DNA of 62,756 bases, counting the filler, from Candidatus Coatesbacteria bacterium (lineage in GTDB: Bacteria; JAFGND01), in NCBI GenBank assembly GCA_016927185.1. It is 5 parts of 5 records of this genome, joined end to end, with 100 filler letters (N's around TTAATTAATTAA, not from the genome) between each part and the next. Parts side by side here need not be neighbours in the genome. Positions count along the whole stretch, not along the records: positions 59,568 to 62,756 come from JAFGND010000023.1; 4 more parts are not named here. One strand, 5' to 3'. Each line of letters begins with the position of its first letter. Within the stretch, counting starts at the first letter, position 1. Under the pieces are notes generated by a model. It ran no database searches and was not told where the DNA came from. It saw only the letters and a list, made by a program, of their open reading frames with translations. Made by a program: the position numbers and the translations under genes. This document shows positions 60,087 through 62,756 of this stretch, in pieces.

Positions 60087-61877
60087 ATGTTGAAATATTT
60101 TATTATGCTTTTATTGACATGTCTAGTGATTATTGGTTGCAATGAAAAGATACCAGAAGATGCATTAGCAAAAGTAGGTGATAAGTATGTTACAAAAGAA
60201 GAATTCCTCAAGCAATTTAGCAAATTGACCAATGAAGAAAAGAAAAACACCATAACTGAAGAAGGCAGAAAAGCATTTCTTAAAACAATCCTATACAAAG
60301 AACTTATGGAAAAAGAAGCCTTTTTTAGAAAAATAGATGAAAGTAGTATTGTTAAAGATAGACTTAATAAGATAAGGGAAAACTGGATTTTGAACGAACT
60401 ATTCATCTTAACAATATCAAAACCAAGTGAAATAAATGACAGTGTTTTCAATGAAATACAAAAAAAATGGAATGAAGAATTGTTTGTTCAGGTAGTGGTT
60501 TTGGAAACCAGAGAAAAGGCAAATGAATTCAGAGATAGAGCTATCAAGGGAGAAAAATGGACTGATTTGGCACCCATTTATGGTATTACCAATTGGGAAG
60601 TAGGTTTAAAAGGAGAACTTGGCTGGCTTTTGTTTGGAGCATTAGGGACAGATCTTGATGAATTTGTCTGGTCACTGCCCTTGAATGAAGTTTCTGCCAT
60701 TCATGAAATCAATCCTGGGGCATTTTGTGTGGCAAGGGTTTTAAAAAGAAGACCTACCAAACCTGATGTAATAACAAAAGAAGTAAAACACAGGTTCTGG
60801 CATAATCTATATGAGAAAAGAAGATGGTTGAGATTGAAAGCCGTAAGAGATTCATCAATAAAAGCTTCCAATGCCAAAATAGACAGTGCTGCATTCGATA
60901 TTTTCATGGATAATGCATACAAATTCAGGGGTAAAGGGAAGTATTCAGCTAGAGATACAACAAAAGGACTTAAATCAGTAAAGAAATTTTTCACTTTTTT
61001 TACTCCGGATCAAAAGAAAATGATAATTCTTACATATAATAATAAGCAATTGACTATTGAAGAGCTGCTTAAAAAGCTGGATAAAGAAGGACCCTATACA
61101 TCACCTAATGAATCATCTATTGATGCCATGAGACATTACTTGTTTGAAATTGCATTTATTGATGTGCAATTAAATAGGGCTAGTGAACTTAAAATAGATA
61201 CTAAAAAAGAATTGCTTGATTTACTCGAAAAAAAGAAAGCCGAGCTTGTGGTTGACGAGTTATATAATATTGAAGTCTTGAAAAAAGTGGATTATAAGAG
61301 TTTTAAAGAAGATGACAAGATAAAGTACTATGAATCAAATAAATTAAAGTTCCTTGGAGCTCCTCCATTAAAAGTGGCATGGATAATAAACGAAAACGAG
61401 GATACTTTGAAAAGTATCTTGAAAACAAAATCATTTGACTTCTCTGAAACTGCCAAGAAATATAGTATTCATGATACGAAAAGCAATGGCGGAGAACGGG
61501 GCTGGATAACTGAAAAAGATCCTTTCCTGGGAAAGTTTTTTTCTGTCTTGCAGAAGCTGAACAAAAATGAAGTAAGTAATGTTCTTCAATTGGAAACAAA
61601 CAAAGGGAAGCCTTCCCGGTATACTATAGTCAAGATACTGGAAAAAGGTCTTCCCCAACCAAAAGCATACAATGATTGCAAGAATGATGTAATAGATGTC
61701 ATGATTTTTGAATGGAGAGAGAAACGTTTGCAGGATTTCCTGTCAGAACTTTATTCTAAATACAAAACCAGGGAGTTTTTTGATAATCTAGCAAAAATGG
61801 AATTGAAAGTGGAAGAAGAAAAGAAGGAAGAAAAAAGTGATATAAAAGAAGAAGAACATCATCATGATAAAAAGTAG
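60087..61877 (+). CDS. parvulin-type peptidyl-prolyl isomerase lipoprotein (PrsA/SurA-like, two PPIase domains)
   Basis: Lipobox IIGC, LAKVG...T, and F...AKKYS....K.NGG..GW repeated. Confidence 0.8.
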   Translation: MLKYFIMLLLTCLVIIGCNEKIPEDALAKVGDKYVTKEEFLKQFSKLTNEEKKNTITEEGRKAFLKTILYKELMEKEAFFRKIDESSIVKDRLNKIRENWILNELFILTISKPSEINDSVFNEIQKKWNEELFVQVVVLETREKANEFRDRAIKGEKWTDLAPIYGITNWEVGLKGELGWLLFGALGTDLDEFVWSLPLNEVSAIHEINPGAFCVARVLKRRPTKPDVITKEVKHRFWHNLYEKRRWLRLKAVRDSSIKASNAKIDSAAFDIFMDNAYKFRGKGKYSARDTTKGLKSVKKFFTFFTPDQKKMIILTYNNKQLTIEELLKKLDKEGPYTSPNESSIDAMRHYLFEIAFIDVQLNRASELKIDTKKELLDLLEKKKAELVVDELYNIEVLKKVDYKSFKEDDKIKYYESNKLKFLGAPPLKVAWIINENEDTLKSILKTKSFDFSETAKKYSIHDTKSNGGERGWITEKDPFLGKFFSVLQKLNKNEVSNVLQLETNKGKPSRYTIVKILEKGLPQPKAYNDCKNDVIDVMIFEWREKRLQDFLSELYSKYKTREFFDNLAKMELKVEEEKKEEKSDIKEEEHHHDKK

Positions 61878-61890
61878 AAAAGGATAAGTT

Positions 61891-62756
61891 ATGTGTTTTC
61901 AAAATAACATAATAACTCATGTAATTTTCTCCTGTTTTTTCCTGTTTTTTTTGAGTTGTGGAGATAAACAGGCGCTTGTAAACATGAGAGAAGATGGATA
62001 TGATGAAGCATTCCAAGAAGTTTACAAGCAAAAGGGTGGAAAGGTAATTGCCCAGGTGGGAGACAAAAAACTTACTGAATTGATGCTCTCAGAATTTTTC
62101 TATGTTATGAACAGGGATAAGGTAACCAGAGAAGAAAAAGCAGATTTTGTTGAACAATGGATTATGATTCAAATACTGGCAAGAGAAGCTAGAAGAGAGG
62201 ATCTGCACAAAAGAATGGGAAATCTTCTTTTTTTAGATCTTGTGTCAAATGAATATCTGGCAAGGATTTATATTGATCAGCATCAGAAGATAACTGAAAA
62301 AGACCTTAAGGATTATTTTGAATCTCACAAAAATCAATTTGTAAGAAAAGAACCAATCAAGAGATTTTCTCTAATAGTAGTAGCTAACAGGAAAAAAGCT
62401 ATAGAGATACTTGGGATGTTAAGAAAGAAGAAGATAACATGGGAGAAACTGGTTTCAAGATATGGAGTTGTAGAACCTTCAAGACCTAACAAGGGAGATA
62501 TAGGGTATGTTACTATTGAAGGTCTGAAAAGGGAAATGGGAAATAAAGGCGCAGAAGCTTTTGCAATTGGACAAGGTAAAATACATGATGATTATATTGT
62601 TGCCAAGAACCAGTTTTTCTTTGTTAAGTGCCTTAGTGAGAAAAAAGCTGGCGAAGCAATTCAATATGAAGAGCTTAGTTCATGGCAATATGATAAGATA
62701 GAAAATGCTGTAAGACTGGAAAAAATGGAACAACTTGTTTATAAAATCAAGAAATC
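61891..62756 (+). CDS. second parvulin-like lipoprotein (3' truncated by the window end)
   Basis: Open frame from ATG 61891 to the end of the window, with lipobox FLSC, VIAQVGDKKLT and GDIGYV. Confidence 0.7.
   Translation, partial: MCFQNNIITHVIFSCFFLFFLSCGDKQALVNMREDGYDEAFQEVYKQKGGKVIAQVGDKKLTELMLSEFFYVMNRDKVTREEKADFVEQWIMIQILAREARREDLHKRMGNLLFLDLVSNEYLARIYIDQHQKITEKDLKDYFESHKNQFVRKEPIKRFSLIVVANRKKAIEILGMLRKKKITWEKLVSRYGVVEPSRPNKGDIGYVTIEGLKREMGNKGAEAFAIGQGKIHDDYIVAKNQFFFVKCLSEKKAGEAIQYEELSSWQYDKIENAVRLEKMEQLVYKIKK

Overview
This is an AT-rich, MAG-style window made of five contigs joined by artificial N44-TTAATTAATTAA-N44 linkers (contigs 1-30772, 30873-48409, 48510-56464, 56565-59467, 59568-62756). 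Four contigs look like one anaerobic diderm bacterium, probably from an FCB-associated candidate phylum (inference only). They carry housekeeping genes (prs, cca, pyrF, pgi, ugd, clpB, fba, thiF/thiS, queA, gyrA, clpP, ftsK), two radical SAM genes, four secreted proteins with a T9SS-like C-terminal sorting domain and a large SprA-like outer-membrane protein. The 2.9-kb contig 56565-59467 (orphan RHS core, MNT-HEPN pair, IS110) looks archaeal (DPANN-like) and may be mis-binned. The most striking observations are: (1) a complete 72-nt tRNA-Gly(CCC) lacking CCA, nested in frame on the sense strand inside the signal-peptide codons of a membrane-protein gene directly behind cca, with a compensated U10-A25 pair that removes what would otherwise be an in-frame TAG; (2) a secreted 7-bladed WD40 protein with an in-frame UGA followed by a bacterial-SECIS-like 17-nt hairpin, a candidate new selenoprotein family; (3) a citX gene split at an A9 slippery run; (4) a recently shuffled C-terminal sorting cassette and a duplicated promoter motif around a beta-propeller gene. 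All family assignments come from motif recognition by eye. No database searches were run.
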